Shown here: positions 33,621 through 46,602 of the stretch, piece by piece | How positions within the stretch are numbered: the stretch's first letter is position 1 | How the letters are laid out: every line of letters begins with the position of its first letter | Assembly (NCBI RefSeq): GCF_000315625.1 | Contig: NW_005434635.1 | Span: 62,001-126,000, forward strand | Length of the DNA stretch: 64,000 nt | Reading direction: 5' to 3' | Source: Guillardia theta CCMP2712 | Lineage: Eukaryota > Protista > Cryptophyta | The notes under the pieces: model-generated | What the model was told of the DNA's origin: nothing | Databases searched by the model: none | Seen by the model: only the letters and a program-made list of their open reading frames with translations | Translations under genes and position numbers: made by a program

Positions 33621-36600
33621 TTACGATGTGTCGGTCAGCGACAGCAGCAGCTCCCTCCTCTTCTCCTGCGGGAGGTTCTACACACTCTGTCAGTCGCCTC
33701 CTCCTGCCCAGCACCATCTCCACCTGCAGCGCCGACTTGAGGCCCTCGAGCACGGCAGACGCGTCCTGACCCGCGAGCTTCGAAACCGTCTGCAAAGAGT
33801 CAGGGAGGAGGAGAGGCAGGGAGGAGGAGAGGCAGGGAGGAGGAGAGGCAGGGAGGAGATGAACAGGAGAAGGGGGGGCGGGCAGTAGCAGTAGAGGAGG
33901 GCGAGTGAGACGAGGGGAGGAGAGGGTGGGAGATGAGGTGGAAGAAGTCGTGGTGGTAAGGGTGGTGGTGGTGGTGTCGCGAGGAGGAGGAGGAGGAGGA
34001 GGAGGAGGAGGAGGGCGCAGACCTCTGCGATGTTTTTGTGCGCCGTTTGTGCGAGAAGTGATTGAAGCTCCGACGAGTTGCTGGGAGGCACATGAGAACT
34101 CAAGGAGAAATATGAGGAGACAAAGAGGAAGAAAGGAGAGGAGCAGAAGAGCAGGAGAGCAGAAGGCAGCCTACCTCTCGAGGAAGTCAGCGATGCGATG
34201 ATCTCGTTCGATCTGTAAACAGAGTTAGGCTGGGGAGGAGGACGAGGAGGAGTGAGAGGGAGCAGGAGGAGTGAGTGGAAGGAAAGAGAGAGCAGTAAGG
34301 GGGAAGCAGTCCGAATGCTCCACCGTGTTCGGCATCTTCTTATCCGCGTCCTCGTTCGTTTCTTGTCCTGCCGTTCTCTCAGCATGAAGAACTGACTCCC
34401 TCCTCCTCCTCCTCCTCCTCCTCCTGCCCCTCCTCCTTCCCTTGTCCCTCCTTCTCTCTCCCCTTCCTTACCCTGAGGAATTTCATTGGCTTCATCCTCG
34501 TCCAGCATTCGCGGTCTTTTGTCCTTCACCTGGTTTGCTTAAGCCCCAATCTGTCCCGTCCTCCTGCTCCTCTTCCATCCTTCTCTTCCTCTTCCCTCTC
34601 CTCCTCCCTCTCCTGCTCCTTCACTCTTTCTGCTCTCCTTCTTCCCTTGCCTCCCCCCCCCCCCCTTCTTCTTCTCTCCTTCTTCCCTCGCCTCCTTCTC
34701 TCCCCCCCTCCTCTTCTTCTCGACCTGCGCGCGGTACAGCTGTCGCATCTTCTCGCTGTGGCTCTTTCTGCTTCCCTCGGGGTCCGCCAGCTTCAGTTCA
34801 CGCAAGCAATTGTTCTCCGCTGAGAGACAGTCAGCAAAGAGANNNNNNNNNNNNNNNNNNNNNNNNNNNNNNNNNNNNNNNNNNNNNNNNNNNNNNNNNN
34901 NNNNNNNNNNNNNNNNNNNNNNNNNNNNNNNNNNNNNNNNNNAGGGAGGACCTAGGCGACGGCGAGGCGAGCATAGAAGAACTGCCTGCTCCACGTCCAG
35001 TCGACGATGCCGTGAACGCATCGCTTGGCGAGCATGCGAGCAGGAACATCGTGGAGGTCGGCGAAGTGCTCGGCGACCTTGAGGTAAAGGGGGAGGAGGA
35101 GCTCCTGCCTGGCTTTGAGCTGCATCGCGATCCCCCTCCTCTCGTGCTCCGGGGCAGTCGTCAGCTGCATGCTGAGCGAGGCGACCTCCGGGTCGAGCCG
35201 GCTCATCGTCTCCAGCAGTTGGTTCCTCCTGTACTTGATCTCGACGATGCCCGAGGGCTCGAGGATGCCTCCTCGCGCTGAAGGGTCGACGTACATCTCC
35301 ATCTGCTCCGGGTTGATGGTCGGGTCGATCACCACCCAGGCACCCCCCCTCAGCTCGCCCCCAGGAGGGACGAGGACGAAGATGGGGTGGGAGTAGTCGA
35401 CGAGGTTCTCCACGATCATGGACCCGAACTTGAGGATCTCCTCGTACATGTCACGCATCCCCCCGCTGAAACCGCGCCAGTTGGCAAGGATGAACAGCGG
35501 CAGCTCCTCTAGGTTCATGTCCCGGATCGCAGTCGCCGTCTTGTAGGCTGAGTCCGGGAACCACACACCCCCCGCCTGCACCACGTTCTGCTCCTTGGAG
35601 TCGGGGTCCGCGGGGTCCGCGGGGTGGGTGCAGTTGACGCTCCTCATCTCCGGCAGGACGACGCCGACTGGGATGCCCCCCAGCCTCGCCCTCCCGCAGA
35701 TGGTCGTCATGCCCCACCCGTCGAGCGACTCGTGGAATGAGTCCCTGTCGAAGAGCCCTCCCCGCCACTTGCCGATGGCGTCCACCGCTCCCGTCAGGAG
35801 GATGCGCGGGTCGTAGACGGTCTGCGGGTCGGGGCCCCTCCTGGGATCGTAAACTTTTCTCTCTATGGGGTCCAGGAGCTTCCTCGAGGGAGACAGCAGC
35901 ACACAAGGTCCTCCTCCTCTCCGCGCGGGCACGTACGACAGCCAGCGCATGATGGCTTGCACTCCCATGAGATCGTTGGACACCACTTCGTGCGCTACTC
36001 CGTTGCTCCACATGATCTGCGTCCCCCCCAGCTGGTAGTTCGACGTGTAGACCTTCTTTCCCAGCACCTTGTTCAGCGCCGCCTCCCCAGTCAGCAGGAT
36101 CGGCGGCCCCTTTTGGATCGCCCGCTGCCCGAGCCGCACCAGGTACGCCCCGATCCCAACGCTCGTCCCGGACACGAACGTCAGTGTGAAGATGTCCCGG
36201 TACGCCCGGCAGGTGCCCCCGGCGATCTTTCCCGACCCCCTCAGGTTCTCCACTCCGATCCCGTCGGGCCCGATGACAGCGGCCAACTTGCTCCTCCTCG
36301 TCCCGTCCGACGCCGTCACCTCCTCCACCTGCGCCATCCCCCTCTTGACCAGCACGTCCACCGTATCTTCGTCGAGGTAGAGGAACTCCATGCCCGAGCT
36401 CGGGTTCAGAGGGTCCTTCCACTGCACGCGGAACTTGTTCCTGACCTCGTCCACCAGCCCGATGCGCGCGCCTGTGTTGGCGGCGACGAAGATGCGAGGA
36501 ATGCCTTCCTCCTGAGCGAGAGAGGTGGCAAGGTGGAAGACCTGCTTGTCGTCAGCTGGGGCAGGAAGCAGCCTCAGCAGGAAGTAGGGGGAGAAGAGGG

Positions 36601-38034
36601 ATCAGGATCAGGATCATGATCATGATCATGATCATGATAAGGATCAGGAGATAAGGAGGGAGAGGGAGAGGGAAAAATGAAAGGGGAGAACGGGAGGACG
36701 GCGTAGTGGAAGGAGTAGGGGAAGGGGAGGAAGGAGGAGAGGCAGGAGGGACCTGGTCTTCTCTGACTCCGAAGCTGCCGTTCTGAAGGGTGACGTCATT
36801 GACTATGAGGATGAACTCCCTGCCCTTGGGACACTCGGGCGTCGTGACCGACACCCTCCAGACCACCATGGCGACGTCGTTGAGGCCGGGGGGGCGGATG
36901 ACCTGCGGAGATTATTAAGGAGGAGGAGGAAGAGGGTGAGGTGGAGGAGGAGGAGGAGGAGGAGGANNNNNNNNNNNNNNNNNNNNNNNNNNNNNNNNNN
37001 NNNNNNNNNNNNNNNNNNNNNNNNNNNNNNNNNNNNNNNNNNNNNNNNNNNNNNNNNNNNNNNNNNAGGAGGAGGAGGAGGAGGTTTATACAGGCACAAG
37101 TTGCTTGGCACTCGCGTCTAGCACGAGCTCGGTGACTTCGAACTTGTGGTCAGGAGTTGAACTCTTGCTGCCGCTCCAGACCTGCGCGGGCTCGTTAACT
37201 TGCTACCTCAACATCCATGACAGGCGCCGGTCAAGGGCAGAAGGACAATGAGAGGAAGGAGAAGACGGAGAAGAAGAGAGGAGGGAGGAGAAGAGAGGAG
37301 GGAGGAGAAGAGAGGAGGGAGGAGAAGAGAGGAGGGAGGAGAAGAGAGGAGGAGGAGTGAGTGAGTGAGTGAGTGAGTAAGTGAGTGAGTGAGAGAGGTC
37401 ACGGAGGAGAGGAGGCAAAAGGAAGCAGGAGGAAGAAGAGGTAGTGGTGGTGGTGCTGGTGGTGGTGGAGGACCAGGAGGAGGAGGAGGAGGAGGAGGTG
37501 GAGGAGGAGGAGAACGAGGGGCAGCAGATACAGATCTCTTTCTTTCCCTCCCTCACCTTCCTTGCGATCCATGACGATACTGCCTGCATCTTCTCATGGT
37601 GCGCCGCTCGCGCGTAGTCCTCCCACATGCTGGCAACGGCCTTCTCGAAGACGGTGATGAAGTCGTAGCAGTAGGTAGTCTCCTTCCCCTTCGCCATCAG
37701 CCGCCGAAGCTCGAGCTGCGGGAAGAAGGTGAGAGGAGGAGCAATCGAGGAGGAGAGGTGCACAGCCGATGCAGTGGAGGATAGGGGGAGGGATGGGACA
37801 AGAGGAGAGGAGAGGAAAAGAGAGGAGGGTAATTAGTGATCAAGATATAGAACCAGTGATTGTGATAGCGAGACGACGACGAGGAGGAGGATCAGGAGGA
37901 GGAGCAGGAGCAGGAGCAGGAAGAGGAGGAGGAGGAGGAGGAGCAGGAAGAGGAGGAGGAGGAGGAGGAGGAGGAGGAGGAGGAGGAGGAGGAGGAGGAG
38001 GAGGAGGAGGAGGAGGAGGAGGAGGAGGAGGAGG

Positions 38035-38088
<54 letters not shown>

Positions 38089-41000
38089 TCTCACCTGGTC
38101 TATAGGAGGGTAGGGAGTAGACAGCTGCTTTCCATCCAGAGGTCCCCCGGCCGGTCGCCCGTCCACCGGCACAGACTTGAAGATGTAGTTGCTGATCCCG
38201 ATCTCCTGGGAGGACGAGAACACTTCCAGGTACGCGTTCGTCTGCACCTTGTGCCCCGAGGGGTTCACAAGGACGACCCGCAGCCTCGTCGGTTGCATGC
38301 CCGGCCCCTCCTGCCCTCCTGCCCCTCCTCCTCCTGCCCCTCCTCCTCTCATGTGCCCCTGTGCGCTGTGCTCCTGTTCCATCAAGGTCAAGGTCACCTC
38401 AACCTCGATGACCCCAACTTGTCGCAGGCGGCGGAAGTGACGGTCGGCAACCTCCTGGAGGACCGCGATGGCCTCGTGGCGGGAGAGGAGGAGGTGAGGG
38501 AGGACGGCGAGGAACATGTGGTTGCACATTTGCAGCGTGCCGAAACGGTTGTACGCTACCTCCTTCCCTGTGCTCCTTTCGATGTAGCCCTTGGACAGCG
38601 CGAGGCTCTCGCAGCTCTCCTGGATCATCTGCTCCAGGTCGTGACGGAGGAACGCGATGCTGTCCTCCGCGTCCGCCATCACCCGGCCCAGCACCATGGA
38701 GCGGACGAAGAAGCGCTTCATGTCGGTCCTTGAGCTCTCCCCGTTCTTCTTCTGAGTGGCGATGTAGATCCGGATGTGCCGGTTCGAGACGGGCCCGTCA
38801 AGGACGTGGTCCACGTCATAGTTGACGCTCAGCCTGCCGATCTCGATGATGAAGGCCCGGGGGGGGTTCAGGTGCCGGTAGATCAGATCCTCCTGGTAGT
38901 CGAGCCGGTCCCTGAACGTGTGGAAGGCGGGGTACCCCCCGTCCGGCCGGAGGATGATAAGGGTGACGCGGGAGATCTTGAGGGAGAGGAGGAGGATCTT
39001 GTGGTTCTGGATAAGCAGGGCCACCCGCTCCTGGATCTGCTCATCCTTGCAGGACCTGGTGGACGTGCACAGGATCAGGTTGAGCACGTGGACGGGGTCG
39101 TTGAAGTCGATCCCGTTGTCGCTCTGCGTCGAGTCCGGCCCGTCGTCGGAGAGGAACGTCTTGGAGGGGGAGGGGGAGCAGCGCAGGGTGTCGAGACCCT
39201 CCTGGCTGCACTCCTCGGGCCTGAACTTGGCCTTGAGGACCTCGAAGAACCGGGCCTCGAGCTCAGTCAGGGAGTAGAAGATCGTGTAGAGGGTGTAGCG
39301 GCGGGGATAGTCGGGCTCCGGCAGGGCGTCCGCGTTCCCTCCCCGCTGCCACTTGTTCTTGAACTCTTGCATATCCATGATTGAGTCGCTGAAGCTTCCT
39401 CCTGCGAACTTCTGGTCGTGGCCATACTTGGCCCTCCTCCTCGAGCTCTGCGCGGGCTCCTGCGAGCTGGGGCTCTTCTCTCCCCTCCTCGACATGTCCT
39501 CGTCCGAGTGGCTGTTGGCCAGCACGCAGCGGTTGCTCGAGCTCGACAGCCATGACTGCCGTTGGAACCACATCTCAGCGCACATCACCTCCTTGCCCGC
39601 CGTCGCCGCCTCCTCGAAGATGCAGAGGGACGCGATGGTGTACTGCCTGTGGGAGCGGCGGATGAAGAGCTCCAGCGCCGCCATGCGGATCTCCCGCGGG
39701 TACTGAGTGCCAATGAAGGCCGACAGCTCCTCGAAGAGTGACGTCACCGACTCGACCATGGGGGAGAGGTAGTGCCCGAAGCTCTTGTAGCCCTTGACCA
39801 GGTCCGTGTCGTTGCTCTTGCCCCACTCCTGCACTATCTGCACCAGCTGCTGCTCCATCACCTCGTGCCTGATCTCGATCGAGGGCGTCACGATCTGCAC
39901 CAGCAGCTGCCGGGCCTCGAGCGCAACCTTTGAGTACGGCTGACCCCTCAGCTCCTCGAGGTCCCTCAGCACGCGCATGCACTGAGCGTTGGAGGTAGAG
40001 AAGCTCGTCCTCACCAGGCTCTCGTCCTTGCGCAGGCTCGACGGCTCTTCCACTCTACCCTCCAGGCTGCACGGGAACGTCGACAAGAAGCTGCGGTCCT
40101 CTTTGAGCCAGAACAGCAGCTCCGAGATGAAGGCGCTCTTTGCCTTCACCCCCTCGTTCGACAGGAGCGCCTCGTACACGCGCTCGCACGCAAGCTGCCG
40201 CTGCTGCCGGGCCTCGAGTCCCTGCTCCGACTTCGCCTCGATCGTCGCCGCCTTGAGCATCTTCATGATCACCTCCTCTCTTGCATCCAGCATCCCGCTG
40301 AAGTTCCCCTCCACCGCCAGGTACTTATGGAGAAAGGGGCTCAGCGTCTGCCACACAAAGAACCCGTGCCCCGAGGCATGGCTCTGGAGGACCTGGATCA
40401 GCATCTGGAGCCGCGTGTCGGACTCGTAGGGGGCAAGCTTGTCCAGCAGGAGCCGGGAGCAAGACGCCACGTCAGATTGCAGCGTCATGCTCCCCAGCTT
40501 CTGCTGCAGGCCTGCGTCTGCTGAGGAGGAGCCTGCTCCAAAGCCCGACAAGTCCTGTTCGCTGTTGTGGTAGAGGGGAGGAGCGGAGTGGTCGGAGGCG
40601 ACCGGAAGCATGTCGGGGGACTGGATCTTGGGGTTGACCTCGGAGCTGATGATGTCCTCCATCTCATCGATCACGTGCTTCGGCAGCGCTGCCTTGACCG
40701 TGTTGAACGCCTCCTGGATCTGATAGTAAGGGAGATTCGGGTCGTGGAGGGCGCTGGAGATCTGAGCCATGACAGCGGCATGAAGGTCACCCTCCTTCAT
40801 CGCAGGGTCAGTGTAGCCTGCCATGATCGCCTCTGCCCGCTGCAGCGCTTCCCGCAGCTTCTTGTGGCAGCGGCGCCCGGGAAGGTGAGGAGGGAGGAAG
40901 GGAGGGAACGAGCCCTTGAACAGCTCTGCTGTGGTGACCCCTTCCTTGTCGTCAAGGTCTAGCACGGCGATCACGTCTCCAGCCTTCACGTACGACTCTG

Positions 41001-43179
41001 CATTGGCCACATGCTTCAGAACTCCTGCATGCGTCGCTGAGAGCTGCATGTACATCTTCATGACCTCCATCTCCGCAAACGCCATCCCGGGCTCCACCCT
41101 GCGGCCGTCCTCTACCAGGAAGCGGACCAGTTTCCCGGTCGTGCTGGCTCGGAGCTTCGACGGGTCGTTCTCCTTTTCGAAGACGACGGTCTTGTTATCG
41201 ATCTCCAAACGCAGACCCGTGTTGTCCTCGTCCGTGAAGACCGTGCTCGTCTTGCCGTTGGCGAAAATGAGCAGCCGACCGTCGCTCAGGGGACGTGCGT
41301 CGGCGTACACGATGCTGTCGTTGAGCTTCACGGCGAACATGTTGGGGCCAGTGCAAGTCACGACCAGGCAGAACTTGGTGGAGTCCAGGATGAGCTCGAT
41401 CGGGAAGGTCGTGCAGAGCAGGGAGGGTGGGGGGATCCTGCCGTAGTCGAGCGCTGTGATGGCCTCAGTCCTCAGCTGCTTCAGAGCTGCCAGCGCTTTC
41501 ACAACAGCTCCGAAGACGATGGCGAGGAACCGCTCGGGCCCGTCCGGCTCCTTGGTGTTGATCATCTTGGTGGCGATCAGGCCGTCGAGCCACTGGGTGT
41601 CGATCCTGTTCTCCTTGTAGTCCTCCAGCTCCAGCATCTTGATCAGGTACTGCACTGTAGTGCGGATGGCTCCGTAGATCGTCAGGTCCTGCAGCGCAAT
41701 GACGAGGTGCTTGCGCGCAGACTCCCTGGTGCTCCCGGAGGAGAAAATGTGCCCGAACTGCGAGTCGGCGAACTCGTGCACGGCCCCTCTACCGAACACT
41801 GAGAAGTAGCCCCACACCTGCGGGCTGACCCGGAAGTTCAGCTCCTGTATGGAGCCACTAGTGGGCCTGAAGCCAGCATCCGGATTCTCCGCCGTGATCC
41901 TAGCGGCGATCACGTGCCTCTTTGGGGGGTTCCTGTGACTGATATCAAGGTCGATGCAAGAGGTTCCGTGCCTGTCCGGCGCGTTGTAGAGCGTGCGGAC
42001 GTCAGGGATGCGGTGCAGAGGGATGCCCATCCCAACCAGCAGCATGGCTAGCGGCAGGTTGATGTCGTTGATCATCTCAGTGACTGTGTGCTCGACCTGG
42101 AGGCGAGGGTTCATCTCCAGGAAGAAGAACTGGCCGTCTCTGTACAGGTACTCCACGGTCCCCACCCCGACATACCCCACAGCCTTGGCCAGCGACGCTG
42201 CCGCTCTCTCCATCTCCATGAAGGCGTTGGGGTCTGCTGCTACGGGAGGGCCCTCCTCGATAATCTTCTGGTGCCGCCGCTGGATAGAGCAGTCTCTTCC
42301 GTGCAGTGTAATGACTTCACCATGCTGATCCGCCAGGACCTGAACTTCGATGTGCCTCCCACCGGAGAAGAGACGCATGAGAAAGATCGGAGAGCCGACG
42401 ACCTCTGCTTGCACCTGTAAGAACGCGTCCTTGATCTCCTCCCTCGACGTGACTTTCCGAATCCCCTTCCCTCCTCCGCCCTCCGAAGCTTTCACCATCA
42501 GCGGGTAGCCGACCTTCTCTCCCATTTCCAGCGCTTCCTCCACATTGTGAACGCAGGCTCGATCGTAGATCTCAGCAGGCACATCCGATTCTCCCATGGC
42601 CAGAAGCGAAGCCATGTTGAGGCCAGTCCCGCTCCACTCTATACAAGGTACGCCAGCCGACTGAGCGACAATGGTGGAGCCTATCTTGTCTCCGAGCGCG
42701 TACATGGCCTTGGCACCGGGCCCGAGGAACACAACGCCTCTCTTGTCCTTTGCCAGGCTGCCAGGAAGGCGAGGGTTCTCCGAGGCATGCCCCCAGCCCG
42801 CCCACACTGCGTCGACCTCCTTTCGTTGTGCAATGTCGACGATGAGGTCAACGTTGGCATAGTTGTTGTTGTTCGAACCCTTGGGCACCTCAACAATTTC
42901 ATCTGCCATCCGTATGAATTCAGCATTCGCTGCGAGATCTTCCGGCGTTGCCATGCACACAAAGCACAAGGCGTCCCCGATACCGAGCTCGGCATACTGC
43001 CATTTTCTCAAGGACTGCATGCATTTGACTGCAGCAATGCCATTGTTTGCTATGAGAATTCTAGATATAATCTTGTTCCCTCCATGCCACTCCACATACT
43101 CTTGCAAAGAGGACCAGTCCTTGGTGCTACTATCCAGCACCTCAAGCGTCGATGCAGATACGTTCCTTGGCAAGACCAT
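33621..43179 (-). CDS. ACC1: Homomeric multidomain acetyl-CoA carboxylase (BC-BT-BCCP-central-CT), probably cytosolic
   Basis: RILIANNGIAAVK, WAGWGHASENP, KASEGGGGKGIR, RDCSIQRRHQKIIEE, biotinylation EVMKM, CT motifs GIGVENLRGSG, GIGAYLVRLGQR, ANWRGFSGGMRDM, GELRGGAWVV; terminal exons read ...IERDHRIADFLE...TVSKLAGQDASAVLEGLKSALQ|NLPQEKRRELLLSLTDTS* (stop 33621); no signal peptide; spans two gaps. Confidence 0.97.
34843..34942. other. Assembly gap (100 N) within ACC
   Basis: Run of N. Confidence 1.
36967..37066. other. Assembly gap (100 N) within a GGA tract in an ACC intron
   Basis: Run of N flanked by (GGA)n. Confidence 1.
37880..38087. repeat. Compound microsatellite (GGA)n(GCA)n in an ACC intron
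   Basis: Long GGA run followed by a GCA run; explains the false poly-A/poly-P tail of ORF 37840-43179. Confidence 0.95.
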
Positions 43180-44222
43180 TATGAAGTGGAGCCAAGGCGA
43201 TCAGGAAGCAAAGGGAGTGCGAGCAGTGGATATGACTGAGAGGCACCAGGGGCTTCAGAGAGGATGAGCGAGGACGCACATCACGCCGGCCCACACATGC
43301 TCACCCTGCCCCGCATGCTGCATGCTCCCTGCACCGTCAGTGAAATGGATGAAAACCATGGGGTAGGGGCTGTAAAGCAGGGGGTGGGGGTGTACAAATG
43401 ATTGTAAAAAGACTCTGAGATGGGGTTATTCCCGACTATGATAAAACGTGGAATACAGGGTGGGTATTGAGATGGGGGGGTGAAGGGTCCAATGATGGGG
43501 GTGCTGAGACGAAAGCTGCACAATGAGATAGACGGTCATTGGTAGAGAAGAGTGGGGGTGGTGTAGGTAAAACTAGGGGTGGGGTACAATTTCCTTTTGA
43601 TGGAGGGGTACTGAATGTTACACGTAGGGGTAGGGTAGTGGAGGAGGGATCGGAGATATAAAGCAAAAGTGTAAAAGATAAAAAGAAACAATAGGCAGTG
43701 AATACTGACCAGCAAATACAAGGGAACTTCCCCATTAGTATCTACTGCCTCGCAAAAAAGAAAAAAACTACTAAGTTTGGTTTTCGGAAAAAATCGGAAC
43801 GAACTCCTTTCAGGGCCGCGGCCCGCGAACGCATTCAAGTGAGTGATGATTCCACTGCTACTCCGAGCGGCAAGTGGCGGCCAGTGAGTGATCCGCTGGC
43901 AAACCTCTTACTACTACTGAGCCCAGGCTACCATCACGGTTTCAAAGTTTGGCCTGTCGGCCGTGCCGTGCTACCGTACGGTAGCCTAGTACTGCCGACG
44001 GCGCGGCCCGGCCGCGGCGGCCGCAGTGAGCCGCAATGCGCGGCGGCGGCGGCGGCACCTTTGACTTCAGTTCGGAACGGCTGAATGTAACATATTATTT
44101 CTCAGTTTGTCAATCGTTTGCCGCCAGGCGGCACTGACACTTGACTTGAACTTTCTTGCCACGGTTCCTTCATACTATTTTCCCTCCTGATCGTCTTGGC
44201 AGAAAATGATCTTTACTGGCTC

Positions 44223-44895
44223 TTAATCCTCGCTGATGGCAGCCGCCATGCAGTTCACGTGCTCTTCCATTAGATCTTGGACGCCACCGTATCCGTAGCT
44301 GGCAGTAGTTCTGCCATATACTTGATAGTGCTTCAATTGACATAGGCTGACCTTTTTACCAGTCCGAGGAGTGTGAGTAAAGGATGTTTATGTGAATTTC
44401 AATGAATAAGATTATCGGAAAGATTGTTTGGGAAAACTCTATTGATTTAACTACCACCTCCACATATCCTCCGCCCTACAATCTCTCACTGATATTAAAG
44501 GTAGTATTGTATAGCCAAACATGTACCTTGGGCTTCCGTTCCATGTTTATACCACACTTGCTCCAATCTTGGAATGAATTTCAATCATTTTCACCCCTTG
44601 CAACCATCGTCTGTTCCAATCTTTCAACCTCAAACTTATCTTGTTGATGGTCCGTCAGGCACACGTTGAGTTCGACGAAAAAGTTGCCCCACGCGTCAAT
44701 GGACCGGCAGCTATCAATTCTCCCAGTCGCGTAGAGGGCGTAAGAGTAGAGGCCGCCAGGCTGGACGCAGCCATCGCCAGAGATTGCTGGGGAGTAAGGA
44801 GAGCGTTCGATGAAACTAGAACGGCCCCTTGCTGGCTCGTGTGAGGGGCGTCTGTGCGGGGGAGGAGGCGTTTGACAGTCAGCGGTGCATGTCAT
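44223..44895 (-). CDS. Hypothetical small spliced protein
   Basis: ORF 44581-44895 plus downstream exon-like segments ending ...MAAAISED*; no domain recognised. Confidence 0.3.
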
Positions 44896-45866
44896 AGCTA
44901 GAGGCGAGGAGAGAAGATGTCGGGGTAGGAGTGCACGGGCTTTGGGACCGATGGAGAGCAGCCAACAACACAGAGGTGAGCGAGTGAAGAGCGGGGGTGC
45001 ATAAGAAGGCTCGAAGGTTGGGGACGGGGAACCCTCAACGATTCCTCGGACTTCGTCAGCAGGTCACGAGGGCACTCCCTTCGAAACGTTGCTTTCTGAG
45101 GCCAAAATTGATGCACCTCCCTCCTTTGGATACGCCACGTACCAAAGATACAAAAATCACGTTACCCTGGTTGACCCTCTTGCATGGCTGGCATCAGGAG
45201 AGTACCGTACGGTAGAGAGACCGGCCGCGGGCGTGGCAGGGTCAGCTTTGACCCTGACCGTGGCTGTACCCGGCGGCGGCGGTGGCCGCCGCCGAAGGAG
45301 TGAGACGCATATGGGCACTGTAGGTGTCGGTCGGAAGGCTTCGGAATCCAAACAATCATGATACTACTTCGGAGTACCGTGGCTATCATCCGTACTGGCC
45401 GTAGCACGGTACCACCCCCCGCTCAGCCTCCGGCTAGTACGGTATGAGCTCGGAGGACAATCAGGAGAGCCGAGGTGGCATTGTCCGACCGTACCGTACT
45501 TCGAGTCATTGAGTAAACTGTCCGATACGGCCCGACGGTCGCACCGTACGGTCCCAGGCTTACCGTACTAGCCGCCGGGCTTCCCGGCGGCGAACGGTTC
45601 CGTCGGACTCTGGACGTACTACACGGTGACGCCCTTCAGTGGTAGCCTAGTATTCCGACGGCCCGGGCCGTCGCGAGTCGGATGTCCCGGCCGGGCCCGG
45701 CCCGGGGACAGCAGACCCGTACGGTCCCGGGTCCGAGACAGACAGTGCACCCGAGTCTGCACTTCTTTACTCAAAGTTAAGTTAAAAAGCATAAGTTGAT
45801 CCACGGGGCGCAATGGGATTGAGAGGTAGTACCCGAACCAAACGCGTAGAGGAGGAGGAGGAGGAG

Positions 45867-45899
<33 letters not shown>

Positions 45900-46129
45900 C
45901 GACGACGACGACGACGATGATGATGATTATGATGATGAGGAGGAGGATGAGGAGCAGGAGCAGGAGCAGGAGAGGGAGAAGAAGCAGGAGCAGGAGCAGG
46001 AGCAGGAGAGGGAGAAGAAGCAGGAGCAGGAGCAGGAGCAGGAGAGGGAGAAGAAGCAGGAGCAGGAGCAGGAGCAGGAGAGGGAGGTGGGAGCGGGGGG
46101 GAGCGGGGGAGGAGGAGGAGGAGGAGGAG

Positions 46130-46229
46130 NNNNNNNNNNNNNNNNNNNNNNNNNNNNNNNNNNNNNNNNNNNNNNNNNNNNNNNNNNNNNNNNNNNNNNN
46201 NNNNNNNNNNNNNNNNNNNNNNNNNNNNN
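46130..46229. other. Assembly gap (100 N)
   Basis: Run of N after a GGA/GCAGGA tract. Confidence 1.
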
Positions 46230-46374
46230 GCTGGGGATCAGCTGACCTCGCGCTCTAGGAGGTGGAGGATGTCTCGCAGCTCGATCCTCCTCACCGCGTT
46301 GGACACGCTCGTGCCTCCTCCCGCTGACCCTCCAGCCCTTTCCGACTGGCAAACACACTCAACAATGAGCCGGC

Positions 46375-46566
46375 ATGCTCGTCCAGCTACCGGCCAGGAG
46401 AGCTGTCTGGTTGGCCCAGGCTGTGAAAGTTCTGATCCTTCTTGCTCTGCTCGTGGTCAGCCGCGCGCCTTGCATGCAACAAGTTCACCTGCTCCTGCTT
46501 CTTCGACTCCTGGAGGAGGAGAAGGCGGAGGCGGAGAAGGAGGAGCAGCAGCGGGGGGGGGGGAGG

Positions 46567-46602
<36 letters not shown>

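Noticed and set aside
37840-38095. Poly-Ala/poly-Pro C-terminus of the 1779-aa ORF
   Set aside because: Read-through into an intronic microsatellite; ACC continues through downstream exons to 33621
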